From Histomonas meleagridis 2922-C6/04-290x (Eukaryota > Protista > Parabasalia), in assembly GCA_020184695.1 (NCBI GenBank), contig JAANOX010000101.1:62001-126000 (forward strand): a stretch of DNA of 64,000 bases, given 5' to 3'. Position 1 is the stretch's first letter. Each line of letters starts with the position of its first letter. The notes beneath the pieces were generated by a model. The model saw only the letters and a program-made list of their open reading frames with translations. It did not search any database and was not told where the DNA came from. A program made the translations under genes and the position numbers. Positions 36,630-48,920 of the stretch are shown here, piece after piece.

Positions 36630-37333
36630 TCTAAACGGATAAAGCCGAAAATAAACTATTTAAAAAATCCATTCAAGAGCATCATAGTAAAATCGATTAT
36701 CCTGCTTTTCTATAATTATATTATATATTTTTATCTAAAAATAATATCGTTTTTGTATACTATCTAAATATGTTTAAATGACTCATAAAGTATAAATTAA
36801 TTTTCTTCACCCTTTATCTTTAGATTAAAAAATTTGATTTATAGCTATGTTTGTGGGATTTAGGTTATCTAACCATAAGACAAATTTTCATTTTGATATA
36901 TTTGGAATATGTGTGAATAGAAACTTTATTTTTAATAGCCTTTCCCTTATACATATTTAGTAATATAAATAAATAATAAAAACAACTCTGAATCATAATT
37001 AAATCTATCACAACAATCACAAACGTCAAGTTATCTATGCAAAATTGAACAGCCAAGTGTAAGAACATCTACCTTCTGATGTACCAGGTCTTCTTAGTCG
37101 ATCAGAACAATTACTTTATCCATTAAACTTATTCAATATTATCATTTTTTTATTATTCTTATTTTAAAAATGTGGTATCAAAACACATATAAATATAGAC
37201 TTTTCCTAATTTAATTATCTGAATGAACTTTCCTATTAAGGTCGTATGCTTTTCATACTCCTCTATAAATTAAAATAATTTGAAATAACAATAAACCTCA
37301 TTTCTTCTAACCGTCAAGAAAAATCTAACGAAA

Positions 37334-38065
37334 ATGTTACAATCTTCGGCCTTTAGCAAATCCCCAGTTATACGGCAAATGTCCACCATAAAGTCTAAGT
37401 CACAGGGCACTTATATAACACGTGCAGATAAAAGAGGACATTCATCCAAGCAAATTGAAAGATATCAAGAAACCATTAAACAGCTTGAAAAAGAAAACAG
37501 AAGGCTAAAACTGACAATTGATAACATTCAAGATTCTGAAACAAGTGAAAAATCCAGAAATGATTTTTATCAAGAATTAATTCAAGATCTTGATGAAATT
37601 TCAAAAAGAATAAACCAAAGAATGTTCAATATTTCTCAATGTGAAACAAGGCTAAATTTATTTTCTCAAGATATTTACAAACCAGTTGCTAATAAGCAAA
37701 ATCATGTTCAAAAGAAAGACCTTTTAGCAGAGAATAAAACATTAACAAGTGTGGCATTATCACAAGAAAGGCGCATGATTATTTTGAAATTGAAGCTTCG
37801 AGCTTATCATGACCATCGTGATTTGGAAAAACTTCGAAATACTATAACCCAATCAAAAGAAGGAAATCAAAATATTCATGGGGAAAACGACTTATCAGAA
37901 ACAACAGTTAGAACACAGATCAGTAATTTCAAGCATTCAATCAAAAGAGAAAAAGAAAGAATTAAATATCTTTCAAGAAAAGATATAAAATTACAGGAAG
38001 CAGCTGTGGTAATCCAAAAAACATGGAGAGGCTTTTCTTATCGGAAGAAAAATATTGTTTCTTAA
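37334..38065 (+). CDS. Coiled-coil protein with C-terminal IQ motif
   Basis: AAVVIQKTWRGFSYRKK matches IQxxxRGxxxR. Confidence 0.8.
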   Translation: MLQSSAFSKSPVIRQMSTIKSKSQGTYITRADKRGHSSKQIERYQETIKQLEKENRRLKLTIDNIQDSETSEKSRNDFYQELIQDLDEISKRINQRMFNISQCETRLNLFSQDIYKPVANKQNHVQKKDLLAENKTLTSVALSQERRMIILKLKLRAYHDHRDLEKLRNTITQSKEGNQNIHGENDLSETTVRTQISNFKHSIKREKERIKYLSRKDIKLQEAAVVIQKTWRGFSYRKKNIVS

Positions 38066-38209
38066 TCTCATAAATTGTTTGTTAATAAATTTTGTTGTTA
38101 GTTATATAGCACACTTCAAAAACTTGTTTTTTTATCTCTAATTTTTTTTAAAGCTTTATGCGAAATAAGCGATGTTATTTTGTATCTGAACAAATAGGAA
38201 ACATCCCTG

Positions 38210-38216
38210 TCACTTT
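38210..38216 (+). promoter_or_regulatory. Parabasalid Inr-like element
   Basis: TCACTTT about 15 nt upstream of the ATG at 38232. Confidence 0.5.
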
Positions 38217-38231
38217 TATGAGACCAAACAA

Positions 38232-39704
38232 ATGCTTTTGGTTTTGTTGGAATCATTTGTTTTTTCGATTGCAATTCATGGAATTGATCAAGATTTACAA
38301 CAAAAATATAATTTAGCGATTGATGAAAACAAAGGTACTTTCACATGCTTTGATAATTCAAAGGTAATTCCACTTTCCAAGCTAAATGATAACTACAGAG
38401 ATTGTGACGATGGATCAGATGAACCAGAAACACAAGAAGGAAATTTACCAAATTTTTATTGTCAAAATGATGGGTATATTCCATATTATATCTCAAGATG
38501 GAGTGTTAATGATGGATTATGTGATTGTTGTGATGGATCAGATGAACTTCACAATCCTCATGCTAACTGTTCCAATACGTGTTCTAGCCTTGAAGCTGAA
38601 AGACAAAAATTACTCAAAGAATTAACAGATTCATATAACCGCGGTATCAAGGAATCAAACAAACTTAAAGCAAAAGGAGAAAGTCAAGAATCTTCACATC
38701 TTAAGCAAAAAGAGTCCATTCAATCCAAAATCTCATTACTTAGATCTCAAATACAACAACTTGAAACTCTTAAAAAAGAACAAGTACCTCAAACCCCACC
38801 ACCTGCTCCAACCTCCGATAATTCAGACAGTCCTGATGAAGATGATGAAGAAGAACCACATAACGAAGATTACAGTTCAGACGAAGAAAACGCATATTCA
38901 GAAGAAGGAAGTGAACAAACAGAAGTTACTGAAGACGAAAGTGAACAAACTGAAACCAAATCCGAAAAAGTGACAGACGAAGAAGAAAATGAAAACAAAA
39001 ACGAAAGTGAAGAAGCCACAGAAGAAGAAAGTGAGCAAACCGAAACTAATGATGAAGAAGCTACAGAAGAAGTTACAGAAGAACCAAATGAGCAAAACAA
39101 TGAAAAGCCAAAAGAAAGCGAAGTAACAACAACAGCGCCAAACACGAAATCTTTTTCGTTCCGTGATTTCCTTATCAAGCTTTGGCAAATCACGTTCTTT
39201 ATTGACTCTGCCGATGTTCCAACACCAGAGAACGAGCTTACACGTCAATACGACAAGCAAATATCAGCACTTCGTTCACGTTTACAAGATCTTGAACGCG
39301 AAGAACGTGACCTTAATGACAAAGGGAAAGTGTATGAGAAAGGAGTTTCGCCGCAATTCTACACGCTTTATGATAAAGAATTTACAAATGGGAATGTTAA
39401 GATGCGCTTCATGAATTACATTGAACAAGATCATACGAAACTCGGCAACTTCCATAGTTATGAAAACGGAACAATGAAATATGAAAATGGCCAATATTGC
39501 TGGCAGACAGGAAGAGGAAGAAAATCTGATGTTGTTCTTATGTGTTGGAGTGAGAATAAGTTGTTGAGTACTGTTGAGATGAGTCAATGTGAGTATAGAG
39601 TAATATTCGCAACTCCGGCAGCTTGTAACGAACAGTCAACAAAGAGTTTGTATAATATGACTGTGGACAAGTTAATGGAGTTAAAGGAAATAATTGGATT
39701 CTAA
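38232..39704 (+). CDS. Glucosidase II beta subunit (PRKCSH-like)
   Basis: LNDNYRDCDDGSDEP, FYCQNDGY, VNDGLCDCCDGSDE, acidic linker, MRH domain YENGQYCW...CEY...TPAAC. Confidence 0.92.
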   Translation: MLLVLLESFVFSIAIHGIDQDLQQKYNLAIDENKGTFTCFDNSKVIPLSKLNDNYRDCDDGSDEPETQEGNLPNFYCQNDGYIPYYISRWSVNDGLCDCCDGSDELHNPHANCSNTCSSLEAERQKLLKELTDSYNRGIKESNKLKAKGESQESSHLKQKESIQSKISLLRSQIQQLETLKKEQVPQTPPPAPTSDNSDSPDEDDEEEPHNEDYSSDEENAYSEEGSEQTEVTEDESEQTETKSEKVTDEEENENKNESEEATEEESEQTETNDEEATEEVTEEPNEQNNEKPKESEVTTTAPNTKSFSFRDFLIKLWQITFFIDSADVPTPENELTRQYDKQISALRSRLQDLEREERDLNDKGKVYEKGVSPQFYTLYDKEFTNGNVKMRFMNYIEQDHTKLGNFHSYENGTMKYENGQYCWQTGRGRKSDVVLMCWSENKLLSTVEMSQCEYRVIFATPAACNEQSTKSLYNMTVDKLMELKEIIGF

Positions 39705-40037
39705 AGATAACATTTTTTAGTTGGATAATTTCAATAAGAAAATAAATAAATTAATATTTTTGACTTTTTTAAGTGTTGTTATTAAAAGTGATTCTTATTT
39801 TATGATGTCGAGTCCACTAAGGGATAATTTCGAAATGAGTTTCTCATAATAAATAAATATACCCCATTCATATTATAATTTAAGAATTCACAAATCGTAA
39901 ATCACTAAAAATGTATATAAGTAAAAGGTGTTTTATGGATAATATGGATAATACGGAATTCACTTTAATATGAAAAAATTAGATTGTTTAAAAAAAAAAT
40001 AAAACTTTGACTAATAAGAATTTTTACATACCAATAG

Positions 40038-40375
40038 CTATGCAATTTCGCATTTTCTATTTTTGTTTTCCTGATTCACATTATTCGCAGGTTGAGGATT
40101 TTTGATTTCATTTTCTTTCGCAGTATAGCACTTTTCGATAATCTATTCAAATAACACATCGACGCCTACGCCTGTTAAAGCACTTGTTTTGATGTATTCT
40201 ACAGCATGTATTTCCCGGGCCATTTTAACTCCCTCTTCATGCGTTACTTCATTACCAACGGTTAAATAACACTTATTAGCACATAAGAAAATGGTTGGAT
40301 TATTAACATCTTTCGTTATTTCGCCATAAAAATCTTTGATTCTATCAGTAACACAGTATTGATTTACACAGTATT
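40038..40375 (-). pseudogene. 5'-truncated Ras/Rab/Rho-type GTPase fragment
   Basis: FLCANKCY (G4, D lost), YIKTSALTG (G5), internal TAG, C-terminal CaaX-like KCEIA*. Confidence 0.7.
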
Positions 40376-41050
40376 CTCAACTATCCATGTGATTTCAGAT
40401 ACTAAATTTCAATTAAATGTATGTAAAAATAATCCATGAAGGTTTTATTTTTATCCCCAACAAAAAATGTGTTAATTGATCAAACATTTAATGATAATGA
40501 CCTTGTTTAAAATACAAAATTTGGAAAAAGTTTCACCAAAACATTTAAATTCGATTAAAACATAGATTCTTAAAAAAAATTATAATGATATAAAATGATT
40601 CAATTCATATGAAATTACTCTGATACAAATTAATGTGAACATGGGAAATGAAATAGAACGGAACTCTCTAAGAATGATATCGAGAGATACAAACAAAAAA
40701 ATTAATGAAATTCCATAACTTGCTATTTCAAAAGAACAAAAATAACAAGCACAACAATTCTCGTTTTTCCTTATATGCTTTTGAATTTGAAAAATTCAAA
40801 TGTCACTATGCTGAATTTGTTAATTTCAAATATTTTAATAATTCATTTTGCTAAATTTGGAAATCTTTTTATTATAAATACACCATCAGAATCCAATTGG
40901 ATTCATTGAATATTGGCGCATCATTTTTTGGATTAATAAAGAAATATTCTCGAACAAAAATGTTATTTTGGTGTATTAAAAAATAAAATGTTTATTTCAC
41001 ATCACATTTCAGTTTCTTTCCTGAACAATTCCTATAGGAAATTGCAAATA

Positions 41051-41404
41051 TCATTTTTCTTTTTTATATTCCGAAAGAAGTGGAGTGTCACGTGTTGGAG
41101 TAATGGTTGAGTATGTCTTCTTTGTTTCATCATCTTTCTTTTCTGGGAATGGATTTTTAGTACGATAATATAGATTAAAAGCGCAAAATATTGTTAAAAT
41201 AACATAAACTATCCAAGCAGCGAAACAAACTTTTGCATTTTCTTTTGAGTCATGCTTGAAATGTCCTATATTTCCTTGTTTATCAATCATGAAAAGAATT
41301 GAAAGAATTCCTAAGAAGAAGAAAGCCCAAATGCCAATAAAAATCCAACAAATTGCGCAACATTTCCCGCAAAAGAATCGAAAACAGCAATTGTCGCAGG
41401 CCAT
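41051..41404 (-). CDS. RNase kappa / V-ATPase subunit f-like small membrane protein
   Basis: CGKCCAICWIFIGIWAFFFLGIL...NAKVCFAAWIVY two-TM pattern. Confidence 0.65.
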   Translation of the reverse strand: MACDNCCFRFFCGKCCAICWIFIGIWAFFFLGILSILFMIDKQGNIGHFKHDSKENAKVCFAAWIVYVILTIFCAFNLYYRTKNPFPEKKDDETKKTYSTITPTRDTPLLSEYKKEK

Positions 41405-42387
41405 TTGACTGGCTTTTGAACGTTAAAAGCAAGAGGTTAAAATAAACGCCATCCATTCATTTTTTGAGATAAAAGTCAGCTAACAACCGAGTTTTTTGTG
41501 AAGAAAATAGCGGGATCGCACAAAATTGATAAAATTCACTCAAAAATGGTTGTTTTTAACGTCCTCTATCGTGTTTATGTCGAGTAAAATATTCGATTTT
41601 TATTAATTACTTTACATAAAAGTAACCTTGAAACAAAATGAGTGGGGAGATAAAAATTCTAAAATTAACAAATGAACAAATTTTGCACATCAAAAGCAAT
41701 AACAAATTACCCGGAGTGCTAGTAAATTTGATAGGTACGAAGCGACTTGAAGAAAAATTTCAGATAGCGATCTCTTCATTCCAAAATAAAAGTGACAACT
41801 CCATAGCCATACAAATAGATAAATTTACTTAATATAAAGAACATTCTTTGTTGAATATATAATTCATAAATTTTCAGAGGCATAAGAAGAATTATAATAA
41901 TTTCAGAAAAGCAGTTCCATAAATGTAAAAAGAACAGAGTTTATATATTATTTTAGGTCAAAAGAATATAATCAGATTTAGGGTGTTCAAAAAATTCTAT
42001 CGTATCTCTATCGTAAAAGTGACATTACGACTTAATACAATAATTTTTTATGTAAAAGTGTGTTTAGAATTTTAGTTAAATTCATCACATTATTGAAATT
42101 TTTATCATAAACAACTCTTATAAAACTTTGTCAAACTTCATCATCCGAACCAATCTCAATAAATTTAATATGAAATATATCATATGAAGATAACTGTATA
42201 TTGTTGGAATTTTCCAAATAATATTATAATGCTTGGTAATAATACTTCTCAATATAATATATTATTTTGCTTATATTTTTTATATTAACGACTTGAAAGC
42301 ATTTGAGTTCATTAAACACAGACTTTTTCATGAAAAATTTTTAACACAATCTATTTTACTTAAATTTTATTACATATTTAAAAAAGC

Positions 42388-43824
42388 TTAATCTGATGTT
42401 ACGATTCTAATTATTCCAGATGTTTTATAGTCGCAATATATAACTCTTTCTCCCACACCATATACCAAATTAATTTCATTTTTCGCGTTGAAATCATATG
42501 TGTATATTGCACCGAACTTATCCACCACATAAATGAATTCGGAATCCATAGAGAACAGGAGATACACGACTTTTTCTGCGAATGCTCTTTTTGCCACTTT
42601 TTTACCTGTTCCAATATCTTTCACTTTAATAAAGAATCCATCGAAAAATGCAATGTATTTCCCATTGTGAGAGAATGTCAATGCCGAATTCTTCGATTTA
42701 TTGCCAATGAATATTCGAACAGTTTCGGCTTCCCTTAAATCCCAAATTCGGACTGCTGGATCAACTGCAATCGATCCGATTAATGAACAGTTTGGATGAA
42801 ATCCAACTTCAGTGATTGCCGAATCATGGCCACACAACACTCGATGCAAACGCAACGTGCGCGTGTCATATAAGCGAATCGAATAGTCGTCTGTGCCAAT
42901 CAAAAAGCAGCCGCCTTGTGGCGCAAAGCTTGAACACCAAATTGGAATACAATGTAATGATAAATGAGCTTGATTATGGTCGGAAAAAACAGTAAAGTTC
43001 CCTTCGATGTCAGTCGAAAGAAGAATTTCATTGGTGGAAGAAACACTTAGTGATGTAATGATCGATGGATGATCATAAAGTGTTTCATGTGTTTGGGTTT
43101 CAAGGTTAATACGTAATACACTTGATTCGTCATACACTGAATAAACAGAAGTCGGAGAAATAACAGCATTAGTGGATGAGGGAAGATGGGAATGTAAAAT
43201 GTTGAAATTTTGAGTGGGTGTTTCTAACGAATACTTTTGAAATACTTCTTTGTCAGGGATGGGATTGATGATAGGATCAAGAATTATGGAGTCTATGATA
43301 AGATTTCGAAGTTGTGAATTATTTGGTGAATTAATAAATTTGTTTAATAGTTCGGCTGAATTGTCATCGGCACTGACAATAAATCGTTGTGTTGAAAAAA
43401 GACCTGAAAGCTTTCTATATGTGGTATCATCATTAAAATTTAAAAAACTCTGTGTTTCGTTTTGAAACTCTTCTGGGACTGAGCTTAAAAATTCTTGAAC
43501 AAATGCATCAATTGATTGATTTTCATCTTCTTGATGAAATTTCATTACAATATGACAGAATAAAGGAAATAAAATAGTTTGTATTGCCCGATTATCTGAA
43601 TGTTCTTTTGCAAACTTAAGATATGATGAATATTGTTCTATATAATTTGTATTTTTCTTCCCAGAAATAGTATAGGAAATTGTCGATGGATTTGAATTTG
43701 CAAATAAACACATCTGTGTGTATTCACTTAGTGAAATCCCTGAAGCATTTCCACTGTCTATATAATTAAAATCAGATATATCGAATTTTTTATGTTCGTT
43801 TTTCTTTCTCATTCTTTTGGCCAT
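42388..43824 (-). CDS. TFIID subunit TAF5-like WD40 protein
   Basis: NTD2-like ILFPLFCHIVMKF plus WD repeats LCGHDSAITEVGFHPNCSLIGSIAVDPAVRIWDL. Confidence 0.8.
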   Translation of the reverse strand: MAKRMRKKNEHKKFDISDFNYIDSGNASGISLSEYTQMCLFANSNPSTISYTISGKKNTNYIEQYSSYLKFAKEHSDNRAIQTILFPLFCHIVMKFHQEDENQSIDAFVQEFLSSVPEEFQNETQSFLNFNDDTTYRKLSGLFSTQRFIVSADDNSAELLNKFINSPNNSQLRNLIIDSIILDPIINPIPDKEVFQKYSLETPTQNFNILHSHLPSSTNAVISPTSVYSVYDESSVLRINLETQTHETLYDHPSIITSLSVSSTNEILLSTDIEGNFTVFSDHNQAHLSLHCIPIWCSSFAPQGGCFLIGTDDYSIRLYDTRTLRLHRVLCGHDSAITEVGFHPNCSLIGSIAVDPAVRIWDLREAETVRIFIGNKSKNSALTFSHNGKYIAFFDGFFIKVKDIGTGKKVAKRAFAEKVVYLLFSMDSEFIYVVDKFGAIYTYDFNAKNEINLVYGVGERVIYCDYKTSGIIRIVTSD

Positions 43825-44425
43825 TAGGGCACCCCAAAAATGGCGCCATCACAAAAGACTTTCAATTATCAATAATAGCATCGATAATCGCTATAACTAT
43901 ATTTTTATATATTCATGCAAAACTAAAGGACATTGGGTGACCCAAATTTTATTACATTAATTTTTCATTTCCTGAATCAAATGCTAAGATTCATTAAGCA
44001 TATATAAAAATGAATACAAATCTTCTACGTGCTCCAACAATATTATAATATAATTTATTTTCAATTTTTCATGTTTATCACAAAGTTTAAAAAAAACACA
44101 CGATTTAAATTCAAAACTAAACAAAATAATGTTACATAAGATATTCGAACAAAAAACGACCACAAATCAATTTTGCATCCTAATAAAAAATAAACACTTT
44201 TTGTTTCTTCTTATTATATGTGTAGAATGTATGTATTAATCAGAAATTTTTTAAACCTTGCAATTTCTTCAAAACTATAGGGACCTATTTCTAGTATGTT
44301 GATGCCACAAGGTAAACTAAATATTTTTTTTTTCTTAAATTCAAATTTATGATGAAGGTGCATTTAAACGATCACTTATACGGTTAGAACGATTCTATCG
44401 TGCCGGTTGACCAAGGCGAAAAAAA

Positions 44426-44755
44426 ATGGTTGACAGAAGGACTTTGTTTGTTCAAAATATTCATCCAGAAGCAACTCGCGATGCAATATGGAACGCGTTT
44501 CTAATTTTTGGTGAAATTAATGATGTTCGTATTGATAAACCTAAATCAACATGTCTCGTTGAATTTGAAGAAGAAGGAGATGCAGCTGCCGCAGTTGATA
44601 ATATGCATCTTTCAGAGCTTTATGGGCAGACAATACAAGTAACTTATGCCACGAAGGGCAATCTTGTTGATAGACGTAAAGCAATTTGGGAATTTGAAGC
44701 TCAAGCTGGTGAAGTCAAGTCAGGCAATTATCAGTATCTCGAACCGAAACCATAA
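44426..44755 (+). CDS. Stand-alone RRM resembling the PPIE/Cyp33 N-terminal RRM
   Basis: AFLIFGEINDV...VEFEEEGDAAAAVDNMHLSELYGQTIQV; no cyclophilin domain follows. Confidence 0.75.
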   Translation: MVDRRTLFVQNIHPEATRDAIWNAFLIFGEINDVRIDKPKSTCLVEFEEEGDAAAAVDNMHLSELYGQTIQVTYATKGNLVDRRKAIWEFEAQAGEVKSGNYQYLEPKP

Positions 44756-44912
44756 ATATGTTATTTATTTAAATTGAAAATTTATTCATCGATTTCAAAG
44801 AATTTTTTATTCTCAAAAAGAAACAAACAATTTATTTTTTTTTTCAGATGAATTTCTAACAATTTTAATCTTAATTTATACATATGACAATAATTTTTAT
44901 AATTCAACAGAT

Positions 44913-45764
44913 TTATTCCTTTTTAGTCATCATTTTGAAAGTTTGATCTCTTCTTATTCTATCTTCTTTTTCCAATTTTTCTATTTGTTCACGAAATGTT
45001 CTCAATGCAGGATCATTATGCGAGTATCCCATAGCTTTTGTTAATGTTTGTCTTGCATCGACGATTTTGTGAAGATGAATTTCCGCATCTATTTTCCTCA
45101 CTAACATTTTTAGATCGTTTGGAACAAAATCAAGAACTTCTTGAGCATAATGCAATGATTGTTCATAATCACCTGATTTGGCATAACTAACGGAAAGATT
45201 TCGGTTTAAGCGAAGCTTAATTTGTGCATAAGCATCCGAAAAATAACTTGGATCACTATCATCTTTTCCTTCAAATAGAAGAGTAAGACGACCTTGTGAA
45301 TATAAATTAATTGCATCTTCAAGACGGCCCTCTCGAAAAGCAACGTTTCCTTGTTCACATTCATCTGTAGCTTTAGCAACTGCTAATTCTTGTTTTGTTG
45401 GTCCAACAAGAATTTCAAGTAATTCTATTTCAAAAATAAGAGTTGCATCTGGTGGAATATCTGGTTGTTTTCCAAGATTTCCATAACCATATTTAGGATC
45501 AACTCTAAAAAGTGATATTTCACCAACTTTCATGGATTTAACACCAATGCTCCATCCTGTAATAACGCGTTGGCCAATAGTAAATTCAAATGGTTTCTCT
45601 GTAGCTCTGGTACTTTCAAATTTTTTATTATTGGAATTTAATCTTCCTTCATAATGAACTCGCACTCGATCTCCATCTTTCGGTTGAGGTCCTGTTCCTT
45701 CTTTTAAGATTTTTTTAGTAAGGAGCCCATCATCTGTAAGGGGAATTGATTGGGGATCAAACAT
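44913..45764 (-). CDS. FKBP-type PPIase with TPR domain
   Basis: VRVHYEGRL...PFEFTIGQRVITGWSIGV..M.VGE...YGYG...IPPDATLIFEIELL followed by TPRs. Confidence 0.93.
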   Translation of the reverse strand: MFDPQSIPLTDDGLLTKKILKEGTGPQPKDGDRVRVHYEGRLNSNNKKFESTRATEKPFEFTIGQRVITGWSIGVKSMKVGEISLFRVDPKYGYGNLGKQPDIPPDATLIFEIELLEILVGPTKQELAVAKATDECEQGNVAFREGRLEDAINLYSQGRLTLLFEGKDDSDPSYFSDAYAQIKLRLNRNLSVSYAKSGDYEQSLHYAQEVLDFVPNDLKMLVRKIDAEIHLHKIVDARQTLTKAMGYSHNDPALRTFREQIEKLEKEDRIRRDQTFKMMTKKE

Positions 45765-46206
45765 AAACTAACGAACAAATCGACCGTTAAACCCAGCGTA
45801 ACCCAAACCGCCTGCCAACATTTGCTTCAATTTTTCACTTTTGGTAATGTCAAAAAAAATTGTGATGTCGTAAATCAACTTTTTCAATATATTATTTTGT
45901 TGGAAATTATCTTTCATCAACAACATTTCCTGCAATTCCTAATATTTTCTTAATATTACGAACAAAACTGAAATATACATATCGAAGGCATTCTAAAAAT
46001 ATCATTCAACTTGATAATCACAACTAATTTTATCAAGTTTGAACAAAAAAATTAAAGGTGAAGTCAAGTCAAACTTTTTGAATCCATCGATTATTTTCTC
46101 CACAAAAAGAATAACCTTTCACAAATTAACCGCCAATTTTTCTTAAAAGAATGACCGTTAAAAACGACAGCCACAGTCAAATTCATTTTAATTTTCCCTT
46201 ACACCT

Positions 46207-48845
46207 ATGATCAACGAAATTTCTTCTCCAAATAGTACCAGGAACTCATATATTGAGATATTCAACAGAGAAGTGAATGAAGTTACAATTGATCAAGAAC
46301 AGATTGAAAGTGTTACACGGCTTAAGATATGTAGATGTGGAATCCATACTTTTCCATCAAATTTCCTTTGCTTAAATAAATTAAGAACAATAGACTTATC
46401 AGAAAACAACATAGAAATATTCAAACTCGAAAATTTTTCTTGTCTAAATTTTTGAAAATTCTTGATTTAAGCATGAATAGCTTAATTCGTATTGAGTGCG
46501 CATTACCCACATCTCTTACCACCCTAGATTTATCTTTTAATACCAAACTTGACATCAATTCCATTTTTGATTTATCCATTCCTAGTCTTGAAATCCTTAA
46601 ACTTTCCAATTGCCAAATCACCGAACTTCCTCAAAAGCGTCCTCCTTGGGGCTGGACCATTAAAACATTAAAACTTGATGGTAATAGACTTACATCGTTT
46701 ACCAATGAATTTTCATTCTTTCCAAATCTTGAAGATCTTTCATTATTTGGTAATGATATTCAATTCTTTGACTTTTCACAAGTCCCTCAACAACTTAATC
46801 GCATTGATCTTGGGATGAATGATATACAATTTTTTATTGATAAGAGTCAAATCCAAACCATTAATCTTAGTTACAACAAATTCAGAGTCTTTCCCACCTC
46901 CATTCTTGACTTCATATGCATTCGTTGTTTGTCATTAGAATCATCAGATATTTCCGGTGAACTTGATTTTACAGTTCCTCCGCAATTAGCCATTTTAGAC
47001 CTTACCAACAATCATATTACCACACTTTCACCCACTTTTGTAGCTTCATGTGGTACATTAAGTATCTTAAGTTTATCACATAATTTAATATATGAAATTC
47101 CTGATGTCTTTCAAGAGAATGTCCATATTACGCAATTGTTTTTAGATCATAACAAACTCGAAAATGTCCCAACATCATTATTACAACATGCGAAAATGTT
47201 AGAGCGCTTAAACTTATCACATAATCGACTTCGAACTATACCCGAATTACATACTCATCAATTACGTGAATTTAATGTTTCGTTTAACAAGTTAAAAGAA
47301 TTACCAGATTCCTTTTCTAATTGTATCTTTTTAATACATATGAATTTATCGAATAATTTATTAACAGATTTACCACAATCATTAAAATATGTACCAAGAT
47401 TATTAGAGTTATATATTAATAATAATCAATTTATTAAATTACCGAATTGTATATTATCATTAATAACATTAAACAAATTATATATTTCGGGTAATTTACT
47501 TACATCATTACCTAATTGTTTAAATACATTTTTGTTCTTAAAGACACTTGACTTATCGAATAATCATTTCCAAACATTACCAATAGCAATAGCATCATTA
47601 CCAGTGTTAAAGTATTTAAACATATCACATAACTTAATCACAGAAGTACCAAAAGAATTCCAATTTCCAGAATCATTAATTTTATTAGATATTTCATATA
47701 ATTTACTTCAATCATTTCAATCTATTAATTTACCATCAATAGTATCATTAATCTTAAGTAATAATTTAATAGAAACATTTTCTATTTCTAATTCTAAAGA
47801 TATACATTTCTTATCATTATCGAACAATAATTTAAGATGTACATTAAATGAAATATTATTAAATACAAACGAATCCAAAACATTTGAATTTTTAGAAATA
47901 ATTAATAACAAATTAATATCATATGAATATAACAAAGAAGTTAATACAAAATTACATATAATATCTGATGATAAAATATATATTAATACTAATTATAACA
48001 TTGGTTATTCATCAACTATAGGTATACGTAATAATATGGAAGATTCAATTACATTATACTCCGAAAAAGATTTAACAATTTTAGGAATATTTGATGGTCA
48101 TGTTGGATCAATAGCATCTAAATTATCATCCGAGTTAATAATACCAATGATTAAGTCAATTCTTTTAAAGCCATTACAATTCCAAAACTGTTTAAAAGAA
48201 CTTCAAAACATATTAATTGAAAAGAACATTAACGAAGGATGTACAGTTGCAATCCTTTACATCTATAATAATCGAATATGGTCAATAGGTTTAGGCGACA
48301 CACGAATTTTACGTATTAAACGAAACTATAAATATCAACGATTAACTATCGATCATAAGCCTTTGTTAAAATCGGAATATAAACGACTTAAAAAGAATGG
48401 AATCGGAGTATCGAATGAAGGAAGAGTTAAAAAGAAACTTAGTGTCGCAAGAGCTTTAGGCGACTTATGGTGTGGCGAAGGATTGTTCGAATTACCAGGC
48501 GTAATAAGTTATAAAATAGATGATGATGACATTGGTATAGTCATTGCATGTGACGGAGTATGGGATGTGTTGGATGATGAAGACGTTGTTAATATTATAA
48601 TGAAATCAAATGACGCAATGGACGCTGCAGTAAATATAAAAAATACGGCATTCGCGTTGGAAAGTAGAGATAACATTAGCGTAATCACTTTGATGTTCGA
48701 TAATAAAAACGAAGAGTTCAACGGGATGGCGTACAGAAATAAAATAGAAAGAATTCCAGTGGTTGAAGAAGAGGTAGAAAATTATGCCCTGGACGATAAT
48801 AGGGAAGTGATGACGAAAAGGGGATTGAAAAGAAGAAGAAGATAA
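46207..48845 (+). CDS. LRR plus PP2C-type phosphatase (PHLPP/adenylate-cyclase-like layout); 1-nt frameshift at ~46450
   Basis: Many LxxLxLSxN repeats; PP2C motifs GIFDGHVG, GDTR, DHKP, SVARALGD, ACDGVWD, DNISV. One extra T in a T5 run joins the two ORFs. Confidence 0.9.
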
Positions 48846-48920
48846 ATCTCTTTGATAAATAAATGTGTTCTCAATGTTTTCTAGTTAACTGTTCGATAAA
48901 TTGTGTAAAAAATGAATGTT

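Noticed and set aside
38870-39587. Antisense and alternate-frame ORFs here and at 33752..34105, 22749..23705, 54788..55217, 55738..57404
   Set aside because: Shadows of real genes with biased composition and no motifs.
46440-46460. Programmed frameshifts at ~46450, ~10293 and ~12740
   Set aside because: Single-base changes in or near homopolymer runs are most simply long-read consensus errors; raw reads are needed.
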